Source: Candidatus Cloacimonadales bacterium
GTDB taxonomy: Bacteria; Cloacimonadota; Cloacimonadia; Cloacimonadales; DAONDQ01
NCBI GenBank assembly: GCA_963662275.1
Contig: OY759316.1
Location: 864,001-928,000 of the forward strand
Direction: 5' to 3'
DNA: 64,000 nucleotides
The stretch's first letter is position 1. Each line of letters starts with the position of its first letter. Made by a program: the position numbers and the translations under genes. This document shows, one piece after another, positions 21,161-29,970 of this stretch. The notes under the pieces were generated by a model. The model was not told the DNA's origin. It ran no database searches and was given only the letters and a program-made list of their open reading frames with translations.

Positions 21161-24100
21161 ATGAAACGAATAATGGTATTCATTCTTTTGATCATGGTCT
21201 GCGCTGGCTTATTCGCAGAAATATACAGAATCAATCCAGGGCAGAACAGTGTCGACTTGCTATCTTCTAATCAACAACACACACAGATTTCTTTTACAAT
21301 TTCAAGCTTTGAATATCAACCTGTACAAATTGGTTCTGAGACTTTCTACCAGTTAAGATTTGGTAAGGAAGCTAACTCATATGAAAAGGGCTATCCTGAA
21401 GTGCCTCAGATTCATAGAAATATTATTATTCCTGATCAGGCAAGAATGAGAGTAAGTGTTACTGAAAGTTCCTATATTGATATACCAATGGCAATCGCAC
21501 CGTCTAAAGGTATCATAACTCGTAATATTAATCCTTCAACAGTTCCTTTTACTTTTTCACCTATTTATCAAAAAGCAGATCTTTATCCTTCAGCAATAAC
21601 CGAGCTTAGCACTCCGTTTATCTTGAGAGATTTTCGTGGTATTACTGTGACTGCCAGCCCGTTTGTTTATTATACATTGACCAGAACTCTTCGAGTTTAT
21701 ACTCATATGGTCTTGGATATTACAGCAGATGGAACTGATGAAGTAAATACCCTGGTGCGTCGTAACCATGAATACAGCAAGTATTTCGAGAGTATCTACC
21801 AGAATCAATTTATGAATTTTGCCCCTGACAGATATACACTAGTCAATGATCGTGGACGAATGATTGTTATTGCTCCTAATAGCTATTTATCAACTGTCCA
21901 ACCTCTTGTGGATTGGAAGAACCAGAAGGGATTGAACACGACCCTGGTTGATTTTGCCACAATCGGCAGCACGAATACAGCTCTGAAAACCTATATCCAA
22001 AATCAATATGCTCTGGGTGATGGTCTGACTTATATACTTCTTTGTGGTGATGCAAGTCAGATACCTTCTTTTTCTGTCTCAGGGGGTGGTTCTGATCCCT
22101 CCTACTCTTTAGTTGCAGGTAGTGACAATTACCCAGATATTATTATCGGACGTTTTTCAGCAGAAACCACAACTCAGTTACAAACACAGGTCGATCGTTC
22201 CATCCAGTATGAACGTGATCTTACTACATCTGCAACCTGGCTGCAAAGTGCGACAGGTATTGCCTCCAACGAGGGAGGTGTAGGTCAGGGTGATATGGAT
22301 GAATCAGATGCAATTCACATGAATTATATTCGGTCTCAATTACTAACCTATGGTTATTCATCTGTCGATCAGATATACCAGGGTACAGGAGGCAATACAG
22401 CAGGTATTTCATCTGCACTGAATTCAGGGCGTGGATCTGTTAACTATGTCGGGCATGGATCAAGTACAGGTTGGGGTTCTGTAAGCTTTTCCAATACTGA
22501 TGTTGCAGCATTGACTAATGCCAATAAATTGCCTTTTATTATGAATGTAGCTTGTGTAAATGGCAATTTCGTAAGTTTGACTTGCTTTGCTGAAGCCTGG
22601 ATGAGAGCCACTAATGGTGGAAGTCCTTCTGGAGCTATCGGTATTTATGCCTCCAGTATCAATCAGTCCTGGAGTCCGCCAATGCTTGCGCAGGATGAAT
22701 TCACCGATCTCCTCACCGCTGGGACAAAGAATACTTTGGGGGGATTGTATTATAATTCCTCCTGTAAAATGATGGAAAACTATGGTGCTGATGGGCAGGA
22801 GACGTTTCTTACCTGGAACATTTTTGGCGATCCTTCCCTCCAAATACGCTCCAAAACACCTTCTACAATGACTGTTAGTTATCCTGCCAGTATTCCTGTG
22901 GGTTCAACTTCAATTACTGTATCAACAGGTGTTACAGATGCACTGGTTTGTTTGTACCATAACAGCAGGATACTAGGAAGTGGATATACAAGCAGTTCAG
23001 GCAGTATAACCTTATCCCTGGCAAATATGCCAGGATCTCCTGCTTCATTGACAATGACTGTGACCGCCTTCAATAAAGTTTCACATGTTGGTTCTGTAGC
23101 TTTAGTAAATGTAACCGGACCTTGGATAGCAGTAGATAGTTACACATATGGTGATGCTAATAATAACCTTGTAGATTATAATGAAACTGGTCATTTCAAC
23201 ATAACATACAAGAATTTAGGAATAACTACTGCTACCAGCATAGCTACAACACTTAGTACGACTGCCACAGGTATCACGATATCAGATAATACAGAGTCAA
23301 TCAGCTCTTTGGCTGCAGGTGCTTCGACAACTGTGAATAATGCTTATACTTTTTCAACTGCGAATAACATCGTGGATCAGACTTTCATTCCTTTCCATAT
23401 TGCTATGGTTAGCGGGTCAGATAACTGGACGTATGATTTTGAAACGCTCATCAATGCTCCAGCTATTGCCTTTGGTTCAATTACGATCAGTGATCCAACT
23501 GGTAATAATAATGGACGTCTTGATCCTGGAGAAACAGTAACAATCACTATTCCTCTAAATAATACAGGACATGCTGCTTCCGTTGCCGGAACTGCGACAA
23601 TGACAAGTTCTACTTCCGGTGTGACGATCACCAACGAAACCTATAGCGCATCTGCTATTTCTGCCGGTGGACACGCCACAGCGACATTTACAATGACATT
23701 ATCAAGCAGTATGATAGTTGGAAGTATCGTGACATTGAACTTCAATGCCACAGCCGGTGCTTATACAGCATCAAAAACTGAAACACCTGGCGTTGGTCTA
23801 TATGCAGAAACTTTTGAAACCGGTAATTTAAGTGCCTTGGCTTGGATAACTGCGGGTACAACGCCTTATTGGTCAGTTGTGAATACAGGTGCCAATTCAG
23901 GGAGTTATTGTGCCAAATCTGGTGCTATCACTCATAGCCAATCCACAGACCTGAAAGTGACGATGAATATCACAAATACTGGGAATATCACATTCTTTTA
24001 TAAAGTTTCCTCAGAAGAGACCTATGATTTTCTGAAATTCTATATCGATTCAACTGAAACCGGTTCCTGGTCTGGTGATGTTGCATGGACACAAGCAACT

Positions 24101-25846
24101 TATGCTGTATCTGCAGGAACTCATACTTTCAAATGGACGTATTATAAAGATAGTCTTGAGAGTTATGGGAGTGACTGCAGTTGGGTTGATGATATCGTTT
24201 TTCCTCCATCATCAGGCAGTTTTTACACGTTTGACCCACCCCGAAGCCCAGTGGCTATGGGAAAAAATGGTGCTGTGACGTTAAGCTGGATAGCTCCAGC
24301 CTCTGGTATTCCTGCAAGTTATAAGGTATATCGTGGAGGTTTTGCAATTGCAACAGGTATTACAGGTCTGACTTATACTAATTCCGGTTTAACAAATGGA
24401 ACAAGTTACAGCTACTATGTAACAGCAGTCTATACTTCTCCTGGGGTTGGTGAATCTGAAGGAAGCAGCACCGCGAGTGCAATTCCTATTGCTGCTCCTC
24501 CCACATCATTGACTGCAACCCCCGGAAATACATTGATCAATCTGTCCTGGTCTGCACCAATGACAGAGATTCCTAATGGATATAATGTATATCGGAATAG
24601 TTTGAAAATAACAGCAACTCCAATAACAGCGACAACCTATAGTGATAATGGACTGACGAATGGCATATCTTATTCTTATTATGTGACATCCGTATTTACT
24701 ACACCAGCCGCGGAATCTGCTGCAAGTAATATAGCTAGCTCCATACCAGGTACAACGTTAATTGTTATTGGAACTGGCTCAACAACACAGACTTACCCTT
24801 TCGATCGAAATTACAGTTATTCCGCCTATGAATCAATCTATCTTCAAAGTGAAATTAATATGGCTGGATCATTAACGACGATAGGTTTCAATAAATCCAG
24901 TGGATCAAATGTGAATTCTATCACTAGTGTTACGATCTATATGAAGCATACTTCATCTTCAACATTAGATACCGGAACTTATTCTACATCAGGCTATACG
25001 CTGGTATATTCAGGAAGCTATACGAATAATTCAACGAGCGGATGGATGGAAGTTGCATTAACTTCACCTTTTATCTATAACAATACCAGCAATTTGCAAG
25101 TGCTGATTGTCAAAGGATATCAGTCAACTCTCGTTTCAGGTTATCCTTTGTGGACATATACGACTACTTCCACAAATTACAGGACTCGATTTAATCGCAA
25201 TAATTCATCAGCTCCTACAAGCCTGACTTCTTCATACTACAGGGCTAATATCCGGATGACCATCGTTCCACCAGTACCGAATCCGGCTTATGCGATTGAC
25301 CAGGCAAACCTGGATTTCGGTAATGTAATGATTGGGCAGAATGCGGTTCGTACCTTTACAATTACCAATAATGGCGGTGGTTCTTTATCCGGTAATATTA
25401 CAACACCTACTGGTTATTCAGTGACTCAGGATACGCGAAATGAAAGTGCGAGCATACGAAATACTTTGGCATATAGTGTTATGGCAGGCTATCCTGTTAC
25501 TTTCAATGTTACATTTGCTCCATCTCTTGAGCAGACATATCCTGGTGATATCAGCATTACAAGCAACGATCCTCTGAACCCATCAAATACCCTGGCTGTG
25601 ACCGGTACTGGTGTCACTTCTCAGATAGGTATTCCGATGAATCTGAACATTCAACCTCAAAACGGTAGTTTGTTGATCTCATGGGAAGAAGTACCGAGTG
25701 CAGGAACTTATTATCTATATCGTTCAACCAAACCCTACGGGGTTTATACATGTGTTGCTGAAATTCATACGAATTCGTATATGGATATGGATACTGCTGG
25801 TCAATCATATTTCTATTATGTAACTTCTGATATTACAGCTAAGTGA
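21161..25846 (+). CDS. Secreted C25 (gingipain-like) cysteine protease, paralog of 9953-14770 with different accessory modules
   Basis: YVGHG, VACVNG, IFGDPS; AGGAG SD before ATG 21161. Confidence 0.9.
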   Translation: MKRIMVFILLIMVCAGLFAEIYRINPGQNSVDLLSSNQQHTQISFTISSFEYQPVQIGSETFYQLRFGKEANSYEKGYPEVPQIHRNIIIPDQARMRVSVTESSYIDIPMAIAPSKGIITRNINPSTVPFTFSPIYQKADLYPSAITELSTPFILRDFRGITVTASPFVYYTLTRTLRVYTHMVLDITADGTDEVNTLVRRNHEYSKYFESIYQNQFMNFAPDRYTLVNDRGRMIVIAPNSYLSTVQPLVDWKNQKGLNTTLVDFATIGSTNTALKTYIQNQYALGDGLTYILLCGDASQIPSFSVSGGGSDPSYSLVAGSDNYPDIIIGRFSAETTTQLQTQVDRSIQYERDLTTSATWLQSATGIASNEGGVGQGDMDESDAIHMNYIRSQLLTYGYSSVDQIYQGTGGNTAGISSALNSGRGSVNYVGHGSSTGWGSVSFSNTDVAALTNANKLPFIMNVACVNGNFVSLTCFAEAWMRATNGGSPSGAIGIYASSINQSWSPPMLAQDEFTDLLTAGTKNTLGGLYYNSSCKMMENYGADGQETFLTWNIFGDPSLQIRSKTPSTMTVSYPASIPVGSTSITVSTGVTDALVCLYHNSRILGSGYTSSSGSITLSLANMPGSPASLTMTVTAFNKVSHVGSVALVNVTGPWIAVDSYTYGDANNNLVDYNETGHFNITYKNLGITTATSIATTLSTTATGITISDNTESISSLAAGASTTVNNAYTFSTANNIVDQTFIPFHIAMVSGSDNWTYDFETLINAPAIAFGSITISDPTGNNNGRLDPGETVTITIPLNNTGHAASVAGTATMTSSTSGVTITNETYSASAISAGGHATATFTMTLSSSMIVGSIVTLNFNATAGAYTASKTETPGVGLYAETFETGNLSALAWITAGTTPYWSVVNTGANSGSYCAKSGAITHSQSTDLKVTMNITNTGNITFFYKVSSEETYDFLKFYIDSTETGSWSGDVAWTQATYAVSAGTHTFKWTYYKDSLESYGSDCSWVDDIVFPPSSGSFYTFDPPRSPVAMGKNGAVTLSWIAPASGIPASYKVYRGGFAIATGITGLTYTNSGLTNGTSYSYYVTAVYTSPGVGESEGSSTASAIPIAAPPTSLTATPGNTLINLSWSAPMTEIPNGYNVYRNSLKITATPITATTYSDNGLTNGISYSYYVTSVFTTPAAESAASNIASSIPGTTLIVIGTGSTTQTYPFDRNYSYSAYESIYLQSEINMAGSLTTIGFNKSSGSNVNSITSVTIYMKHTSSSTLDTGTYSTSGYTLVYSGSYTNNSTSGWMEVALTSPFIYNNTSNLQVLIVKGYQSTLVSGYPLWTYTTTSTNYRTRFNRNNSSAPTSLTSSYYRANIRMTIVPPVPNPAYAIDQANLDFGNVMIGQNAVRTFTITNNGGGSLSGNITTPTGYSVTQDTRNESASIRNTLAYSVMAGYPVTFNVTFAPSLEQTYPGDISITSNDPLNPSNTLAVTGTGVTSQIGIPMNLNIQPQNGSLLISWEEVPSAGTYYLYRSTKPYGVYTCVAEIHTNSYMDMDTAGQSYFYYVTSDITAK

Positions 25847-25874
25847 TAAGAATAACCGGACTCATATCAGCGAA

Positions 25875-28808
25875 TTACGGTTTCACCCACTTCATAGGAT
25901 AAGCATCATTCTGTACAAAATCTCCCTGCAAAAGGAGATTCTTGGGATCTATATCATTATCAAAAGCCTGCCATGAATGATCGACATATTTAAACATAAT
26001 ACGCATTGATTTGACTGCTGTTTCTGTATTCCATAACCAGAAACTTAAGGAATGCTCGGAATTGAAAGGACTCATAAATGAAAAGATCAATGACGAATTA
26101 GGTCCAGAAAAAGTGCGGGAAGGTACTTGAATGCTTCCCTGTAGTATGGTAAATCCGGAAGGTAATTTATTCAGGAAACGGTTAAAGAAGGAATTTGTAG
26201 GCACACTACCAAAGACAAGAAGACTACGATTTTGCCAATCAACAGTATCTATTTTACTTGCTAGAACAGTATCAAATTGAATGCCATTTTGTTTGAACAT
26301 ATTAGTTATATTCCCAATTTCTGCCATCTTTGACCCTGATTCCGGTAAAACGATAAGAGGATTTTCCTGGAATGTGCGTTTCAGGCAAAAAACCATATCT
26401 TTTCCCGATAGTTTGCGAATGACTTTATATCCGGGATCGATTTCCAATGATTCGATATTTCCTTTAAGAGCCAGGTGAATTTGCTGATCCATATTCACTG
26501 TATCGACATAGATTGTATCTGAACCCGTTGCATAATTGACAGCAATAGGCACATGCAGCATAAATGGCGGAGATGTTTGTTTCAATACGAAATCAATACT
26601 CTTTCCAGAATGCTTGACATCAGCAAGTGATAAGGAAGGAAAATCCGGTCTGGATAACCATTGCTCAGCAACTTTAGTTAAATCCTGGTTCTTATCATGT
26701 GGATTCTGAGATTGAAGACTACGTAGCAAATCAGTCCATCCTGCATATTTTCCTTGATATTTAGCTATGAAATCCTTGAGTCCAGCAAAGAAGTCTTTTT
26801 TGCCCATCTGGTCATAAAGATTGTAAAAGACCATTCCACCTTTTTGGAAACCAATCACAGCATCGTTTTTCTTTTCTGCAAAGTAGAAGTTCTCCAAAGG
26901 ATAATGATATTGAGGAGAGAGAAAATTAATATCCTGGAGAGCGTTCTTTCGCCATAAATCAGTTTCACCACTCTTTCCATGCATCTCCAGCCAATAGTAA
27001 TTGGAAATGAAGTTATTCAGGATATCAGTCCAGTTCCCTTCAGATGATTTTGCATATATGGCATTTCCCCACCAGCTTCGTGACATTTCATGTCCCAAAA
27101 CGGTTGATGATAATAAGATATCCGATGCCTGGAATAAATTACTCGGGAAGATATACATATCCGGATAGCTCATACCTTCCGGTAAAAAGTTCTCTATCAG
27201 ATTCATGGAAGACCCCGGATATTTTCCAAACAAATTTGTATAATCAACATAATAGGTTTGCATTTGAGTAAGAAACTTGGGAGCATTTTTAGTATCTGGG
27301 GTTTTAAGATAGACTGATAGACGCATGTCACCAACCTGGAGGCTTTTAATTGTGAATTTCCCTCCAAAGAGAGTAACACCTTCATAGGGATATTCAGATG
27401 TCCAAATATAATTATAGTGGTTATCAGCAGATATTTTTATTTCTTCTTTACCGGAGCAAACAAGTCGTGTTGGAAATTTGCAAATTGCAGAGACCTTATA
27501 ATTTGCTAAACCATGACCTGGCGTTGGGTACCAGGCACCAACAGGTAAGTAGATTCCTTCCTTTTCCTGTTCAGAAATTAAGCCCCATTGTGAAGCTTCT
27601 GCTGTCAGGTCAGCATAGTTATACAATACTCCTTCATAAAAAACGGTTATTTCTGATGAATTACTATCTTTTAACAGATGAAAACTCTGGTAACCTTCTT
27701 CATTTTTTTGCAGTATGTATTTAACTTCTTTATCATTTTGCTTAATCGAGCTAATTTTAAGATAGGGAGATAAAAGCAATGAATCCTCTTCCGTGATATT
27801 TCTTGAATACCTGATCTGATCAGAGCCTTTCATGAAATGAATATCTGAAAATAATTCGATACTGATATTGTGACTGATGATTGGTTCTGCGATTGGCATT
27901 GAGTTATTATTATCATCCTGTGCCGGATTTCGATGGATAAGAACTAGGAAATCACCTTCCTTTTGCCAGATCTTTTGATATGATAATTCTTCATTTGGTT
28001 GAAAAGCAATAGGTGTAATAACAGCAATTCTCAGCTTTGGATTTAATAATGCCAGCTTCTGTGCTGTCCCTAGATGAGCCGCACTGTGAAAATCTCCATT
28101 ATAATGAATCATAGATGTACCAGGATTTTGAACCAGGTAATCATTCATACTCTCAGCCATTGTATCATCTTTGATGCATTGTGCAGCATAGATATTATCC
28201 AGGAATTGATTCCCACCAGGCATACCTTTGCCTGATCCCATGGCATCCTGCATGGTAGCCATGAACTTGATCCGATATTCATCATCCAATATCACAGGCT
28301 TTCGCATTATCCAAGTTTTTTCAGCAACAGGGAGTGATTCAAGGGCAGTAATACCACTTTTAGCAACCATTGAGGCATATCTGCGTGGAATATTGGCAGC
28401 AATTACTGGTAAAGTATGTGATTTGGCAAATGCAATAATTGGCTTGTAATCTGTTTCATGATTAGGCCAAAGCCGAACATTTTTTTTCATCTCTTCTTCT
28501 GTATCAGTACCCGACAAGTAACTATTCAGAGCGAGTTGATTATCTTTTTCAAACATCTCCATGGAAATAGCCATCTTAGGATTTTTCTGATACATGAGAG
28601 GTAGAATTTCAGCTTCCATCTGATGGAGAATTGCATCATCATGAAATTCACCAAAGAAGATCACATCATATTTTTGGATGCCAGCCACCATCTTGTCGAG
28701 TGTTACAATCTTACCGGTTTTTGTGTCGATGATACGATAATTCTCTGCCTGTGCCATTAGCAAAACACAGAAAGTAAGTAATATGAAGATAAGCAGGTAC
28801 TTGTTCAT
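25875..28808 (-). CDS. ChaN (EreA/ChaN/Tiki-like) domain fused to a degenerate M1 aminopeptidase-like domain
   Basis: N-terminal FFGEFHDD, SMEMFE, AAQCIKDDTMA, GDFHS; C-terminal LGHEMSRSWWGN..GNW and QKGGMVF. Confidence 0.75.
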   Translation of the reverse strand: MNKYLLIFILLTFCVLLMAQAENYRIIDTKTGKIVTLDKMVAGIQKYDVIFFGEFHDDAILHQMEAEILPLMYQKNPKMAISMEMFEKDNQLALNSYLSGTDTEEEMKKNVRLWPNHETDYKPIIAFAKSHTLPVIAANIPRRYASMVAKSGITALESLPVAEKTWIMRKPVILDDEYRIKFMATMQDAMGSGKGMPGGNQFLDNIYAAQCIKDDTMAESMNDYLVQNPGTSMIHYNGDFHSAAHLGTAQKLALLNPKLRIAVITPIAFQPNEELSYQKIWQKEGDFLVLIHRNPAQDDNNNSMPIAEPIISHNISIELFSDIHFMKGSDQIRYSRNITEEDSLLLSPYLKISSIKQNDKEVKYILQKNEEGYQSFHLLKDSNSSEITVFYEGVLYNYADLTAEASQWGLISEQEKEGIYLPVGAWYPTPGHGLANYKVSAICKFPTRLVCSGKEEIKISADNHYNYIWTSEYPYEGVTLFGGKFTIKSLQVGDMRLSVYLKTPDTKNAPKFLTQMQTYYVDYTNLFGKYPGSSMNLIENFLPEGMSYPDMYIFPSNLFQASDILLSSTVLGHEMSRSWWGNAIYAKSSEGNWTDILNNFISNYYWLEMHGKSGETDLWRKNALQDINFLSPQYHYPLENFYFAEKKNDAVIGFQKGGMVFYNLYDQMGKKDFFAGLKDFIAKYQGKYAGWTDLLRSLQSQNPHDKNQDLTKVAEQWLSRPDFPSLSLADVKHSGKSIDFVLKQTSPPFMLHVPIAVNYATGSDTIYVDTVNMDQQIHLALKGNIESLEIDPGYKVIRKLSGKDMVFCLKRTFQENPLIVLPESGSKMAEIGNITNMFKQNGIQFDTVLASKIDTVDWQNRSLLVFGSVPTNSFFNRFLNKLPSGFTILQGSIQVPSRTFSGPNSSLIFSFMSPFNSEHSLSFWLWNTETAVKSMRIMFKYVDHSWQAFDNDIDPKNLLLQGDFVQNDAYPMKWVKP

Positions 28809-28843
28809 TTAATTTCCTTGTTCATAGTTATTATTTGAAATTC

Positions 28844-29452
28844 TTACAGTTTTGACCATTGATTAATTTTATCGATTTTCTTCATCTCTTCTAAAAATAA
28901 CTCAACCGTTTCGCTTTTTTCTTCCTCAATCTCTAAAGAAATATGCACGATTTCACTGTAAGAACTGTCAATTTTCTCAGCACCAATCTCAGTTAACTGA
29001 TGACGAATGAAATCTTGATGATTGTAAGATGTGTCAAGTATGAAAGTGACTAGATAACGAAGAGGGATGATTTTTGTATTTTCAAGAGCTTGGTCAACGA
29101 CTGCTGAATAAGCTTCAATCAGACCGGGTATGCCAAGTTTTGTACCACCAAAATAACGGGTAACAACGACTACTATGTTCGTAAGTTTGTGTTTTATTAA
29201 TACATTAAGCATAGGTTTTCCTGCTGTTCCAGGTGGTTCACCCTGGTCTGATGCATGCTCTGTATCACCTTGATTCCCGAGGATATATGCCCAACAATTA
29301 TGGCTAGCGGAGCTATGTTCATTACTAACCTGGCTGATAAATGTTTTTACCTCAGATGTCGTACTTGCAGGACTTAGATGCGCAATGAAACGAGATCTTT
29401 TTATCTTCGTTTCAAAGCTGCTTAAATCAGATATAGTGAATAATCCTGCCAT
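28844..29452 (-). CDS. yigZ: IMPACT/YigZ family protein
   Basis: IKRSRFIAH, ASHNCWAY, SDQGEPPGTAGKPML, VVVTRYFGGTKLG..GLIEAY. Confidence 0.92.
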   Translation of the reverse strand: MAGLFTISDLSSFETKIKRSRFIAHLSPASTTSEVKTFISQVSNEHSSASHNCWAYILGNQGDTEHASDQGEPPGTAGKPMLNVLIKHKLTNIVVVVTRYFGGTKLGIPGLIEAYSAVVDQALENTKIIPLRYLVTFILDTSYNHQDFIRHQLTEIGAEKIDSSYSEIVHISLEIEEEKSETVELFLEEMKKIDKINQWSKL

Positions 29453-29508
29453 GACAATACCTCAAATGTGAGTTGCCTGCTTATCTGGGATTTGTCAATT
29501 GTTTTGTC

Positions 29509-29874
29509 ATAGACCCCCCTACCCCCCTTCTCAAGGGGGGAAGAAAGAAATCCCCCATTGAGAAGGAGAGAAGAAAGAAATCCCCCCTTGAGAAGGAGAG
29601 AAGAAAGAAATTCCTCCTTGAGAAGGAGAGAAGAAAGAAATTCCCCCTTGAGAAGGAGAGAAGAAAGAAATTCCCCCTTGGGAAGGAGAGAAGAAAGAAA
29701 TTCCCCCTTGGGAAGGAGAGAAGAAAGAAATTCCCCCTTGAGAAGGAGAGAAGAAAGAAATCCCCCCTTGAGAAGGAGGGAAGAAAGAAATCCCCCCCTT
29801 GAGAAGGTAAAAAAAATCCCCCCTTGAGAAGGTAAAAAAAATCCCCCCTTGGGAAGGGGGGTAGGGGGGTCTAT
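29509..29874. repeat. REP-like inverted-repeat element with an internal 30-bp tandem expansion
   Basis: 33-bp terminal IRs (atagacccccctaccccccttc[t/c]caagggggga, 1 mismatch); 8 copies of about tycccccttgagaaggagagaagaaagaaa at 29551-29790 plus two shorter units. Confidence 0.9.
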
Positions 29875-29970
29875 TTTCCTGCTATCCCTATATGCTCCAA
29901 ATAAACTCGACAAAATTAATAATAAAGAAAATCGTGTATTTTTAACTTTTAAAAAATGAAGGAGACTCCC

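Noticed and set aside
29551..29841. 30-bp repeats as a CRISPR array
   Set aside because: Units are contiguous with no unique spacers, and no cas genes are present.
29422..29913. ORFs of 163, 109 and 89 aa over the tandem repeat
   Set aside because: They are translations of a stop-free repeat in several frames, with low-complexity products.
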